From positions 387,746 to 451,745 of the forward strand of contig CAWHPR010000003.1 in NCBI GenBank assembly GCA_963831295.1: a stretch of DNA of 64,000 nucleotides, read 5' to 3'. Below the pieces are notes generated by a model that did not search any database, was not told the DNA's origin, and saw nothing but the letters and a program-made list of their open reading frames with translations. Numbering within the stretch: the first letter of the stretch is position 1; each line of letters opens with the position of its first letter. This DNA comes from an uncultured Thermoleophilia bacterium. Its GTDB lineage: Bacteria; Actinomycetota; Thermoleophilia; UBA2241. A program made the translations under genes and the position numbers. Positions 9,987 to 19,639 of the stretch are shown in pieces.

Positions 9987-10420
9987 GCCTGCGCCTCCGC
10001 AGTCGCCGTCTCGGCGTCGGCGGACGGCACCTCCGGCGGTCGAGCCTCGATCGCGTCGACCGGGCAGTTGCGGGCACATGTGCCGCAGCCGATGCAGCGG
10101 TCGCCGTCGAAGAGGATCGTGCGGTAGACGGTCACGCGCGGCGGCACCTCGACGGGGCCGACCGGCTCGTCGCGCATGAGGCGGCGCAGCGCGACGCCGA
10201 GCTGGCCGCGGCGGCTGTCGGCCGGCGCGTCGAGCAGCTGGTGCACGTCGAAGGTCTCGCCGCGCCGGCTCGCGCCGGTCGGACAGTCCTTGGCGCACGT
10301 GCCGCAGCCGATGCAGAGGTCTTCGTGGCGGACGATCTCGCAGCCGATGCTGCCGCTCGAGCTTGCGTGGGTCGCGGGCAGACGCCTGAAGATCGCGCGG
10401 CCGCGGTCGGTGAGCGGCAT
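9983..10420 (-). CDS. 4Fe-4S dicluster ferredoxin-domain protein
   Basis: Intact 145-aa ORF with CIGCGTCAKDCP and CIGCGTCARNCP. Its stop overlaps the downstream GTG (GTGA), and its start overlaps the upstream stop by 1 nt. Confidence 0.8.
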   Translation of the reverse strand: MPLTDRGRAIFRRLPATHASSSGSIGCEIVRHEDLCIGCGTCAKDCPTGASRRGETFDVHQLLDAPADSRRGQLGVALRRLMRDEPVGPVEVPPRVTVYRTILFDGDRCIGCGTCARNCPVDAIEARPPEVPSADAETATAEAQA

Positions 10421-10935
10421 CAGCGCTCACCTCCTGCGCTGGCCGCCACGACGTCCTCGCCGGCCGGTCGTCGCTCGAGCGGCGGCAGGGCGCCGACGAC
10501 GCGGTCCATCTCTCTGACCGCGGCGACGAATCTCGGCGGCTCACCGGCGCTCATCGTGAACATGCGGCAGCGCTCGGGCTCGACGCCGACGCTCTCGAGC
10601 AGACGCTGCACGAACTTGACGCGGTCGATGGCGTTGAAGTTGCCCTCGCGGTAGTGGCACTGGCCCTCGAGGCAGCCCGCCACCATGACTCCGTCGGCGC
10701 CCTCGGCGAGGGCGCTCAGCAGGTGCAGCGGGCTGACCCGGCCGGTGCAGGGCAGCAGGATGAGCCGCACCGTCGGCGGCAGGGGGGTGCGGGCGTTGGC
10801 GCTGGTGTCGGCGGCCGCGTAGGCGCACTCGCGGCAGCAGAAGGCGACGATCGAGCGCTCGCCCTCCGCGGCCGCCACTGCGGCGGCCTCGCGAGGCGCC
10901 GTCAGGGCCGTCGCGCCCTGTGCGGCCGCGGTCAT
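10420..10935 (-). CDS. MvhD-like (F420-non-reducing hydrogenase delta / HdrA-associated) protein
   Basis: The last 171 aa of ORF 10420..15225: MTAAAQGAT..IVAFCCRECAYAAAD..ILLPCTGRVSPLHLLSALAEGADGVMVAGCLEGQCHYREGN. ATGA overlap with the upstream stop at 10932-10935. Confidence 0.8.
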   Translation of the reverse strand: MTAAAQGATALTAPREAAAVAAAEGERSIVAFCCRECAYAAADTSANARTPLPPTVRLILLPCTGRVSPLHLLSALAEGADGVMVAGCLEGQCHYREGNFNAIDRVKFVQRLLESVGVEPERCRMFTMSAGEPPRFVAAVREMDRVVGALPPLERRPAGEDVVAASAGGER

Positions 10936-13900
10936 ACCGTCGCCTCCGCCAGGACCTCGGCGTCCGAGTAGCGGCCGAGCTGCATCGCTCCCGTCGGGCA
11001 CTCGGCCGCGCAGATGCCGCAGCCGCGGCAGATGTTGGGGTCGACGACCGAGTGCGCGTCTGTCCCGGTCGTCAGGTGGATCGCCCCCTGCGGGCAGGCG
11101 TCCTCGCACACGCCGCAGGCGATGCACGCCTCGGGGTCGCTGGCCGCCACCTGGGCGGCGGTCATGGTGTAGCCGCTCGCCAGCATGGCGACCACGCGCG
11201 CGGCCGCCGCCTTCGCCTGGGCGATCGAGTCGGGGATGCTCTTCGGGCCCTGCGCGGTGCCGGCCACGAACATGCCGGCGCGCTGCGTGTCGACTGGGGC
11301 GAGCTTGGGGTGGTACTCGCGGATGAAGCCCGCGGCCCCGGTCTGCACGCCGGCGACGTGGGCGATGTCGCGCGTGCCCTCGCTGGCCTCGAGCCCGGCG
11401 GAGAGCACGACGAGGTCGTAGAGGTCCTCCTGCTTGCGCCCGGTCATCGTGTCCTCGAGGCGGACGCGCAGGCTGCCGTCCTTCTCCTCGAGGATCTCGC
11501 CGACGCGCCCGCGCACGTAGCGCACGCCGCGCTCCTGTACGAGCCGGTAGTACTCCTCGTGGGCCTTGCCGGGCGCGCGCAGGTCGGTGTACCCGATCGT
11601 GACCTCGGCGTCGGGGTAGTGCTGCTTGATGAGCGACGCGTTGAGGGTGGCGAAGAGACAGCAGACGGCGGAGCAGTGCTGGTTGCCGGTGCTCGAGACG
11701 TCGCGCGAGCCGACGCACTGGAGCATGAAGATGCGCTTGGGGACGGCGCCGTCCGACGGCCGGTAGAGCTCGCCCTCGGTCGGGCCGGCGGCCGAGAGGA
11801 GCCGCGAGAGCTGGCCCTGGGTGAGGACGTTGGCGTGACGCCCGTAGCCGAGCGGCGCCTTGCGGGCGGCGTCGAACTGCTGGTGGCCGGTCGCGAGGAT
11901 GACGGCGCCGACGGAGAGCTCCTCGACGGTCTCGGTCTGGTCCCAGTCGATCGCCCCGGACGGGCAGGCGCGGACGCAGGAGTCGCACTCGGAGCAGACC
12001 GCGCAGTTGAGGCAGCGCTGCGCCTCGGCGACGGCCTCCTCGGCCGTGTACCCGCGGCTGACCTCGGCCCAGTCGGTCCGTCGCCGTCACCCCGTCGACC
12101 ATCGCCATCGGCACGCGCTGGCCGGGCTCGATGGCGGCCAGCTCCTCGTCGGTCGGGCGCGCCTCGGGGCGGGCGTCGTCCCAGACGGGCAGCAGGCGCT
12201 CGCCGCGCAGGTGGTTGTGGATGGCGGCGGCGCCGCGGCGGCCGGCGGCGATCGCCTCGATGGCCGTGTAGAAGCCGACGGCCGCCGCGTCGCCGCCGGC
12301 GAAGACGCCCTCGCGGGTCGTCATCATCGTGTCGCGGTCGACGCAGATCTGGCCGTCCTTCAGCTCGAGACCTTCGCAGCCCCGGGCGAAGTCGTCGACC
12401 AGCGCCTGGCCGACGGCGAAGATCACCGAGTCGGCGGCGAGCTCGAACTCGGAGCCCTCGACGGGGACCGGCTGACGCCGACCCGAGGCGTCGGGCTCGC
12501 CGAGCTCGCAGCGCTGTAGCTTGATGCCGGCGACGCGGCCGTCGCCGAGGATCTCGAGCGGCTGGACCAGGAACTCGACCGTGAGGCCCTCCTCGCGCGC
12601 CTCTTCGAGCTCGCTCGCGTTGGCCGGCATCTCGACCTCGGTGCGCCGGTAGACGAGGGTGACGTCGGGCTCGTGTCCGGCGGCGGCCTGCAGGCGGATC
12701 GCGAGCTGCGGGCGGCGTCGAGGGCGACGTCGCCGCCGCCGATGACGACGACCTTCTCGCCGACCGCCGGCGTACCGCCGAGGTTCAGCTCGCGCAGCAT
12801 CTCGACGGCGCGCGTGACGCCGTCGAGGTCGCCGCCGGGGAGGTCGACCTCGGCGCTCTTCTGCAGGCCGGTGGCGAGGTAGACGGCCTTGTAGCCCTGC
12901 TCGAACAGGCCGTCGATGGTGAAGTCGGTCCCGGCCCGCTGCCCGAGCTTGAGCTCGGGGCCGAGGGCCAGCACCTGCTCGATCTCGCGCTGGATCACGT
13001 CGTGCGGCAGGCGGTAGTCGGGGATGCCGGTGCGCAGCATGCCGCCGGCGACCGGCTGGGCCTCGAAGACGGTGACCTTGTAGCCCAGGTTCGCGAGGTC
13101 GCGGGCGCAGGTGAGGCCGGCGGGGCCGGCGCCGACGATCGCGACGGGCTCGTCGTGCACGAGCGGCGCCGGCTGTACCGGCAGCGTCGGGCCGACGCTG
13201 TCGGCGACGAAGCGCTTGAGGCCGGCGATGGCGATCGGCTCGTCCACCGACCCCCGCGCGCAAGCGGTCTCGCAGAGCGCTGTGCAGACGCGCCCGCAGA
13301 CGCTGGGGAAGGGGTTCGGTTCGCTGGCCACGCGGTAGGCGTCCTCGAAGCGGCCGGCCGCCACGAGCGCGACGTAGCCCTGCGCCGAGGTGTGCACCGC
13401 GCAGGCGCTCTTGCAGGGGCTCCAGCCCTTCTTGTCGACGGCGAAGATGCTGGGCACGGCGTTGGCGAAGGGGCGGTAGATCGCCGTGCGCTCGGCGACG
13501 CCCTCCTCGTACGAGCTGGGGTAGTGCACCGGGCAGACGGGCACGCACTCGCCGCAGCCGACGCAGGCCTCGGTGACGTAGCGCGGGTGGTGGCGCAGCG
13601 TGACGCGGAACTCGCCGGGCGGGCCCGAGATCTCGTCGACGTCGGTCAGGGTGTGGATGTGGATGTGACCGTTGAGCGCCGTCGAGGTCAGCCGCGGCGC
13701 CAGCGAGCACATCGCGCAGTCCTCGGTGGGGAAGGTCTTGGCGAGCTTCGCCATGTAGCCGCCGAGCGACTGCTCGCGCTCGACGAGGTGGACGTCGATG
13801 CCGGCCGCGGCGAGCTCCTCGGCGGCGCTCATGCCGGCGATGCCGCCGCCGACGACCAGCGCGGAGCGGCTGAGGAAGGTGCGGCGGCGGGGCAGGTCGC

Positions 13901-14288
13901 TCTGGTGGCGCGCCCGCGCGACGGCGCCCTCGACGATCTTCTTCGCCTTCTCCTGGGCGCGCTCGGGCTCGTGGCGGTGCACGAACGAGCAGCCCTCGCG
14001 GATGTTGGCGAAGGCGACCGCGTTCTCGCCGAGCTTCAGCTCGCGGGCGATGCGGTCGAAGGTCGGGCCCTGGAAGCGCTGCGAGCAGGAGGCGATGACG
14101 ACGTGGTCGAGGCCGCGCTCTTCGACCGCCTCGGCGATGAGCTCGCGGCCCTCGGTGCCGCACATGAACTGGTTGACCGCGACCTCGACGACGCCGTCGA
14201 GGGTGCGGGCGTGGGCGGCGAGCGGCTCCATCTCGACGACGCCGGAGATGTTGCCGCCGCACTCGCAGAGGAAGACGCCGGCTCTCAT
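10932..14288 (-). CDS. Large HdrA-like protein with an inserted GltD/NfnB-like NAD(P)H:FAD module (HdrL-type architecture); 2 frameshifts (near 12705 and 12082)
   Basis: The pieces are:
- MRAGVFLCECGGNISG..ALVVGGGIAGMSAA..TEDCAMCSL..CVGCGECVPVCP
- GltD-like SVCGRVCTALCETAC..VAIVGAGPAGLTCA..VVVIGGGDVALDAAR (ORF 12423..14582)
- AIRLQAAAGHEPDVTLVYRR..VFAGGDAA..AIAAGRRGAAAIH (frame of 10420..15225)
- WAEVSRGYTAEEAVAEAQRCLNCAVCSECDSCVRACP..MLQCVGSRD..CSAVCC..CIACGVCEDACP..CRGCGICAAECP (ORF 10932..11726 and its upstream extension). Confidence 0.8.
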
Positions 14289-15225
14289 CGCGCACCCCCG
14301 GCCTTCGTCGTGGCCCTCGTGGACGAGGTCTTCGCGAGGCGCCGATGCGCTCGAGGAGCGGCTCGACGTCCTGTGAGTGCGTCTCGACGCCGAGCACCGT
14401 GTCGGGGTCGGCGCCCAGCGCCAGCGCCAGGAGCTGCTGCACGTGCAGGTGCACGAACGGGTACTCCTCGTGCGTCGTCGCCGAGATGATGTCGTGGTAG
14501 CGGTCGAACTGCACGTGGCAGTTGGGGCACATGTGCACGCAGACGTCGACCTTCTCCTCGGCCAGCCGGCGCAGTTTCTCACGCGTCACCGCGACCGAGA
14601 TCGACGGGTTCACGAAGCGCTGGCGGAAGCCGGCGCCGCAGTGCGTGGTCTTCTCGTTGTAGGCGCCGGTCGGGACCGCGCCGGCCGGAATCAGGAGCTC
14701 CTCGGGGACCATGAAGTTCTCGCTGCTGCCCATGGTCTCGTCGGGGAAGACCTTGCAGTAGTGGCAGGCCGGGTGGGTCGCGACCTTGAGGCCGTCGAGG
14801 CGACGGCGCACGAGCCCGGGGATGCTCTCGTGCGCCCCCCACAGGATGTCGAGCGCGTGCCGGTGCTCGACGGCGCCGGCCACGCGGTCGTCGTAGCGGC
14901 GGCCGACCTTGGCGAGCACGGCGTTGGTCTGCGCGCGGTACTCGTCGACCTCGAGGATGTTGCGCGCCTTCTTGTTGACCGCGTAGCAGGTCGAGCAGAG
15001 GTAGCTGACGATGGGGTGACCGTCGTCGACGGCGACGCACGCGTTGCGGGCGGCGAGGCCGACGGTCGTCTCGATCGGGATGAGGTCCGAGTAGTACCCG
15101 AGCCCGGTGCAGCAGGTCTGCTGGGGGTTCACCGTGTACTCGATGCCGAAGCGCTCGAAGAGCCACTTCGTCGACGCTTCGACGCCGGGGTACTCGGCGG
15201 AGACCAGGCAGCTGCGGAAGATCAT
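14285..15225 (-). CDS. HdrB-like CCG-domain protein; probable frameshift near 14340
   Basis: MIFRSCLVSAEYPGVEAS..QQTCCTGLGYY..SYLCSTCY..THPACHYC..THCGAGF..VHMCPNCH..VEPLLERIGAS. The listed ORF then reads through 1300 further codons of other genes. One frame gives a TGA at 14285 that overlaps the next ATG (ATGA), matching the coupling pattern of this operon. Confidence 0.75.
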
Positions 15226-15300
15226 GCACGCCGCCGTCCGTTCGGGCGACGTCGGGGGTCTTGGCGAAGCGCGCGCTCATCGGGCTCCCTCGGTCGATGC

Positions 15301-15390
15301 CAGCGTCCTATTCTGAATAACTCGTAGCTAATCCTGCAAATCATCAATCGCTTATAGTATACGTCCCACTGATAAGGCTTGGGATGAGCG
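15301..15390. promoter_or_regulatory. AT-rich island in the 610-bp divergent region between the hdr-like operon and hemE (probable promoter region)
   Basis: cctattctgaataactcgtagctaatcctgcaaatcatcaatcgcttatagtatacgtcccactgataagg is the only strongly AT-rich stretch for many kb. It contains TATAGT/TATACT-like hexamers, but I could not pair them with a convincing -35. Confidence 0.3.
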
Positions 15391-15632
15391 CGCCATCTCC
15401 CGGCAGACGCTGGTCGCGGGGGCATCCGGGTGCCGTCTGCGAGGTTTTGCGAGAAGCGGCAGGGGTACTCTCGACAAGCAGTACGCCCCCGCTCCCGCAC
15501 GGGGATCACGCCCCGCGAGAGCCAGGTCATCAGGAGGAACGATGGGCCAGGTCTCTCCGCTTCCGTCTTCGCGACCAGCGACGTCCTCCGACGTCGCGCC
15601 CGCAGGCGTCTCGGCCTGCGTCCCCGGTGCGC

Positions 15633-15792
15633 ATGATCGCGACCGACGCGCTGCGCGCTGTGCGGCGCCCGGCTCGAGGAGGGCACACAGCGCTTCATGG
15701 TGGTGTCGCCGCAGTCGGTCGACCGGCCGCTCACCGTGTGCCACACCTGCCGCAACGCGGCGCTGACCGAGGGGTACCGGCCCGCGGGCTGA
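15633..15792 (+). CDS. Small CxxC...CxxC zinc-ribbon-like protein (start uncertain)
   Basis: One frame reads [47 protein letters not shown]-stop (TGA 15790-15792), which is protein-like, unlike the surrounding frames. No clean start exists in that frame. The options are:
- ATG 15633 plus a 1-nt indel
- the strong SD-ATG at 15542 (AGGAGGaacgATG) plus an indel and read-through of an in-frame TGA at 15634. Confidence 0.3.
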
Positions 15793-15835
15793 GGCCTTCT
15801 TGCTAGAATGGGCCACCCGACCAGAGGGTGAGCCC

Positions 15836-16920
15836 ATGCGTTTCCTCGATGCCTGCGCCCGTCGTCCCGTTGACGCCACGCCCGTGTGGCTGATGCGCCA
15901 GGCCGGACGGTACCTTCCCGAGTACCGCGCCATCCGCGAGCGCCTTGCCTTCATCGAGATGTGCAAGCGCTCCGACGTGGCCGCCGAGGTGACGCTGCAG
16001 CCGCTGCGCCGCTTCGAGCTCGACGCCGCCATCGTCTTCGCCGACATCCTCCTGCCGCTCGAGCCGATGGGCATCGGCTTCACCTTCACGGCCGAGGGCG
16101 GCCCCGTCATCGACCACCCGATCCGCAGCGGCCGCGACGTCAAGGGCGTGCGCGCCATCGACCCGCGGGAGCGAGCTCGGGTACGTGATGGAGACGCTTC
16201 GCCTGGTGCGCCGCGAGCTGCCCGAGACGACGGCGCTCATCGGCTTCGCCGGAGCGCCGTTCACGCTGGCGAGCTACGTGGTCGAGGGCGGGCACTCACG
16301 CAACTACGCGCGCGTGAAGCAGCTCATGCTGGACGAGCCTGTGACGTTCACCCACCTGATGGGCCTGCTCTCCGAGGTCGTCACGGGGTACCTGCTGGCG
16401 CAGATCGAGGCCGGCGCCCAGGCGGTGCAGCTCTTCGACTCCTGGGCCGGCTGGCTCTCGCCCTTCGACTACGAGCACGCCGTGCTGCCGCACGTGCGCT
16501 ATGTGGTCGACAGCGTGCGCGGGCACGGCGTCCCCGTCATCTACTTCGCCAACGGCGCCGCCGGCATGCTGCCGCTGGTCGCGCAGGCCGGGCGCCGACG
16601 TCATCGGCGTCGACTGGCGGGTCGACCTCGACACCGCCTGGGCCCAGCTCGACGACGCGGCCGTCCAGGGCAACCTCGATCCGGCCGCGCTGCTCGGGCC
16701 GACCGAGGCCATCGAGGAGCGCATCGCGGACGTGCTGCGACGGGCGGGCGGCAGGCCGGGGCACATCTTCAATCTCGGGCACGGCCTGCTGCCCGAGACG
16801 CCGCCGGAGCACGTCGGCTACCTCGTCGACGCCGTGCACCGGCTGTCGGCACGCGGGTCCGAGGCGGCCGGCGGGCCGGACGGACCGGCCGCGGCGCAGG
16901 CCGCGAAGGAGGACGCATGA
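15836..16920 (+). CDS. hemE: Uroporphyrinogen decarboxylase; 2 frameshifts (near 16170 and 16592)
   Basis: [47 protein letters not shown], then (E)[36 protein letters not shown], then [28 protein letters not shown]. Confidence 0.9.
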
Positions 16921-17864
16921 CCGACAGCCTCGTCGACGTCGCCCTGCTCGCCTTCGGCGGTCCGACCGACCTGACGCGCATCCCCGACTTCCTCCAGCGC
17001 ATGACGGGGCGTGAGCCCACACCCGAGACGCTGAAGTTCGTCGAGGGTCGCTACGAGACCATCGGCGGCGGCTCGCCGCTCCCCGAGATGACGCGCCGTC
17101 AGGCTCGCGCCCTGCAGGCGCGGCTCGTCCAGCAGCTCGCCTTCCCGCTGCGCGTGCGGCACGGCTTCCTCTACGCCGAGCCGAGCGTCACCGAGTGTCT
17201 CGCCGAGCTCGATGGCGAGGTGGTCGTGGCGCTGCCGCTCTCGCCCTTCGGCTCGCGCCTCACCTCCGACAAGTACCGCGCCGCGCTCGACGCGGCCGGG
17301 GCGGAGCATGTCCCGCTGCTCCAGGGGTGGTATGCGGGCGCGGGCTTCGTCAAGGCGATCAGCAAGCGCATCGCCGAGGCTCTCGACGGGTGCGACGCCG
17401 GCGAGTGGGCGGTGCTCTTCACCGCCCACAACGTCCCGGTCGAGAACGTCCTCGAGGGCGATCCCTACGTCGACCAGCTGCAGCAGACCATCGCGCAGCT
17501 GATCCCGCTGATCATGCCGGGCGACTGGCGCTTCGCGTTCCAGAGCAAGGGGCGCGGCGGCGGCGAGTGGCTCGAGCCCGAGGCGGAGGACGCGGTCAGG
17601 GTCCTCGCCGGCGACGGCTGGGAGAAGCTGCTCGTCGTGCCCGTCGGGTTCGTCAGCGACAACATCGAGACCCACTACGATCTCGACATCGAGCTGAAGG
17701 CGTTCGCCGAGGACTTGGGTATGGAGTACCGGCGCTCGGCGGCGCCGAACGACTCGCCGTTCTTCATCGAGGCGCTCGCCGACGTCGTCGTCGAGCACCT
17801 CGCGCACCGCCCGCTGGAGCAGGGGCCGCGCGCCTCCGGCGAGTCGCACACGCACGGTGGTTGA
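16917..17864 (+). CDS. hemH: Ferrochelatase (HemH/CpfC type), intact
   Basis: The ATG at 16917 overlaps the hemE stop (ATGA). Sequence: [74 protein letters not shown]. Confidence 0.9.
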   Translation: MTDSLVDVALLAFGGPTDLTRIPDFLQRMTGREPTPETLKFVEGRYETIGGGSPLPEMTRRQARALQARLVQQLAFPLRVRHGFLYAEPSVTECLAELDGEVVVALPLSPFGSRLTSDKYRAALDAAGAEHVPLLQGWYAGAGFVKAISKRIAEALDGCDAGEWAVLFTAHNVPVENVLEGDPYVDQLQQTIAQLIPLIMPGDWRFAFQSKGRGGGEWLEPEAEDAVRVLAGDGWEKLLVVPVGFVSDNIETHYDLDIELKAFAEDLGMEYRRSAAPNDSPFFIEALADVVVEHLAHRPLEQGPRASGESHTHGG

Positions 17865-17867
17865 ACT

Positions 17868-19444
17868 GTGAGCGACGCACCCCCGCGCCCGCCGCACCCG
17901 GATCGTCGTCGTCGGCGGCGGGATGACGGGTCTCGGGGCGGCGCGCGCCCTCGAAGACGCGCGCGCCGCGGACCCCTCCGTCGACTGGGTGCTCTACGAG
18001 GCCGAACCGCGCCTCGGCGGCAAGGTCCAGACCGTGCGCCGCGACGGCTTCGTGGTCGAGGGCGGCCCCGACTCGGCCATCATCGAGAAGCCGTGGCCGA
18101 TCCAGATGGCACGCCGGCTCGACATCGGCGACCGCCTGCTCGACTCCAACGAGGACGTGCGCCGCAGCTTCGTCTTCGCGCGCGGCCGTCTTCACGAGCT
18201 GCCCGAGGGCATCATCCTCATGGTGCCGACGCGCATCGTGCCCTTCGCGCTCAGCGGCCTCATCAGCTGGCCCGGCAAGCTGCGCATGGGGATGGACCTG
18301 GTGCTGCCGCGCGGGGGCGAGGACGAAGACGAGAGCCTCGCGCGCTTCGTGCGGCGGAGGCTCGGCGACGAGGCGCTGGCGCGCATCGCCGAGCCCATCG
18401 TCGCCGGCATCCACGCCGGCGACCCCGAGACGATGAGCGTCGCCGCGACCTTCCCGATGTTCCGGCAGATGGAGCGCGAGCACCGCAGCCTGATCGTCGG
18501 GATGCTCGCGCGGCGCAAGGCGCGGGAGCGGGCGAAGGCGGCGGGGACGGCCGGGGGGCGGCGCCGGGGCGCCGAGCGGCGCTCCCGCGAGCGGGCGCGA
18601 GCCCTCGCTCGATACTTCTACTCGTTCGCCACCGGCCTCGGCGACCTGAGCGACGCGATGGCGGCCTCGCTGCCGGCCGAGCGGCTGCGCGCGGGCGTCT
18701 CGGTCGAGACGATGACGCGCCGCGGCGCCGGCTCCGGGGAGGGCGCCGACGGGCCGCGGTACTCGCTCGACCTCGGCGACGGTACCCGCGAGCTCGCCGA
18801 CGCCGTCGTGCTGGCCGGGCCGGCCTTCGCGAGCGGCGCTCTGCTGCGCGCGGTCGCGCCGCTCGCCGCCCGCGACCTCGAGTCGATCGAGTACGTGACG
18901 ACGGCGACCGTGTCGCTGGCCTTCAGGCGCGACCAGATCGCGCATCCCTTGCGCGGCTTCGGCTACGTCGTCCCGCGCGCCGAGGGTCGCGGCGTGATGG
19001 CGACCACGTGGAGCTCGAGCAAGTTCCCGGGCCGCGCGCCCGAGGGGCACGTCCTCCTGCGCAGCTTCCTCGGCCGGGCCGGGCTCGAGGCTGCGGCGCA
19101 GCTCGACGACGCGGAGATGACGACGCTCGTGCGCCGCGAGCTCCGCGACGTGCTCGGCATCGCCGCGGAGCCCGAGTTCGTCGAGATCTTCCGCTGGCCG
19201 CGCGGCATGCCGCAGTACCGGGTCGGCCACGCGGCCCTCGTCGACGGCATCGAGCGACAGCTCGCTGCCGTCGCCCGGCGTCGAGCTCGCCGGCGGCGCC
19301 TACCACGGCATCGGCATCGGCGACTGCCTCAGGGAGGGCGCCGCCGCGGCCGAGCGCGCCCTCGAGCACGTGCGCGGTCTGCCCGAGGACGAGCCGCCGT
19401 CGGCCCTGCCCGACGTGCCGGCGGCCGACGGCGTCGAGGACTGA
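17868..19444 (+). CDS. hemY: Protoporphyrinogen/coproporphyrinogen III oxidase (HemY/CgoX); frameshifts near 17885 and 19265
   Basis: RIVVVGGGMTGLGAARAL..LGGKVQTVRRDGFVVEGGPDS..GIHAGDP..(ORF 17923..19656), then PGVELAGGAYHGIGIGDCLREG..-stop at 19444. The only usable start is GTG 17868, in another frame. A C5 run lies between them. Confidence 0.85.
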
Positions 19445-19488
19445 GGCGACGACGAGGGACGACGACCGCTCAGCGGCAGACGGCCGGA

Positions 19489-19518
19489 GGGGCCGGGACT
19501 CGACAGAGTCCCGGCCCC
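19489..19518 (+). terminator. Intrinsic-terminator-like hairpin after hemY
   Basis: Perfect 13-bp stem ggggccgggactc / gagtcccggcccc with loop gaca, followed by ttcggcg (weak U tract). Confidence 0.55.
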
Positions 19519-19639
19519 TTCGGCGTCAGGCCTCAGGCGGCCGGACGAGGTCCGTCTCGCGGGGTCGTCCTCAAAGGACCTCGCTCACGTGGCCTGCTCT
19601 CGCCGGCCACCCCGGAAAGCGTCCGTCACGTGACGTCCC

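Noticed and set aside
7527-10127. Long plus-strand ORFs opposite real genes (for example 7527..10127, 17868..20171, 26617..28215, 35477..37795, 42184..43938).
   Set aside because: They lie antisense to well-supported genes (HdrA-MvhD, M14 peptidase, NHL protein, rlmKL, cooS). They have low-complexity Arg/Gly/Asp/Ala/Val-rich composition with no recognisable domains.
4728-15225. Giant minus-strand ORFs (935 aa at 4728..7535, 990 aa at 7572..10544, 1601 aa at 10420..15225) read as single proteins.
   Set aside because: Only parts of each are protein-like. The rest is read-through across neighbouring genes in the wrong frame, because stop codons are rare at this GC content. I split them into nadA, the HdrC/HdrD/HdrA/MvhD/HdrB-like genes and others, using motifs, SD sites and overlapping start/stop codons.
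5738-15225. Assigning the Hdr-like cluster to the sulfur-oxidising sHdr system or to methanogen-type Hdr-Mvh.
   Set aside because: - No lipoate-binding protein, DsrE or TusA genes are present, and the hdrC1B1A-hyp-hdrC2B2 order is absent.
- No hydrogenase subunits are present.
- The architecture (GltD insertion, MvhD fusions) differs from both systems.
15542-15766. The 74-aa ORF starting at the strong SD-ATG, taken as listed.
   Set aside because: Its translated sequence (Ser/Pro/Arg/Ala-rich) looks off-frame. The protein-like signal lies in a different frame downstream, so it is kept only as part of the unresolved mini-ORF problem in this intergenic region.
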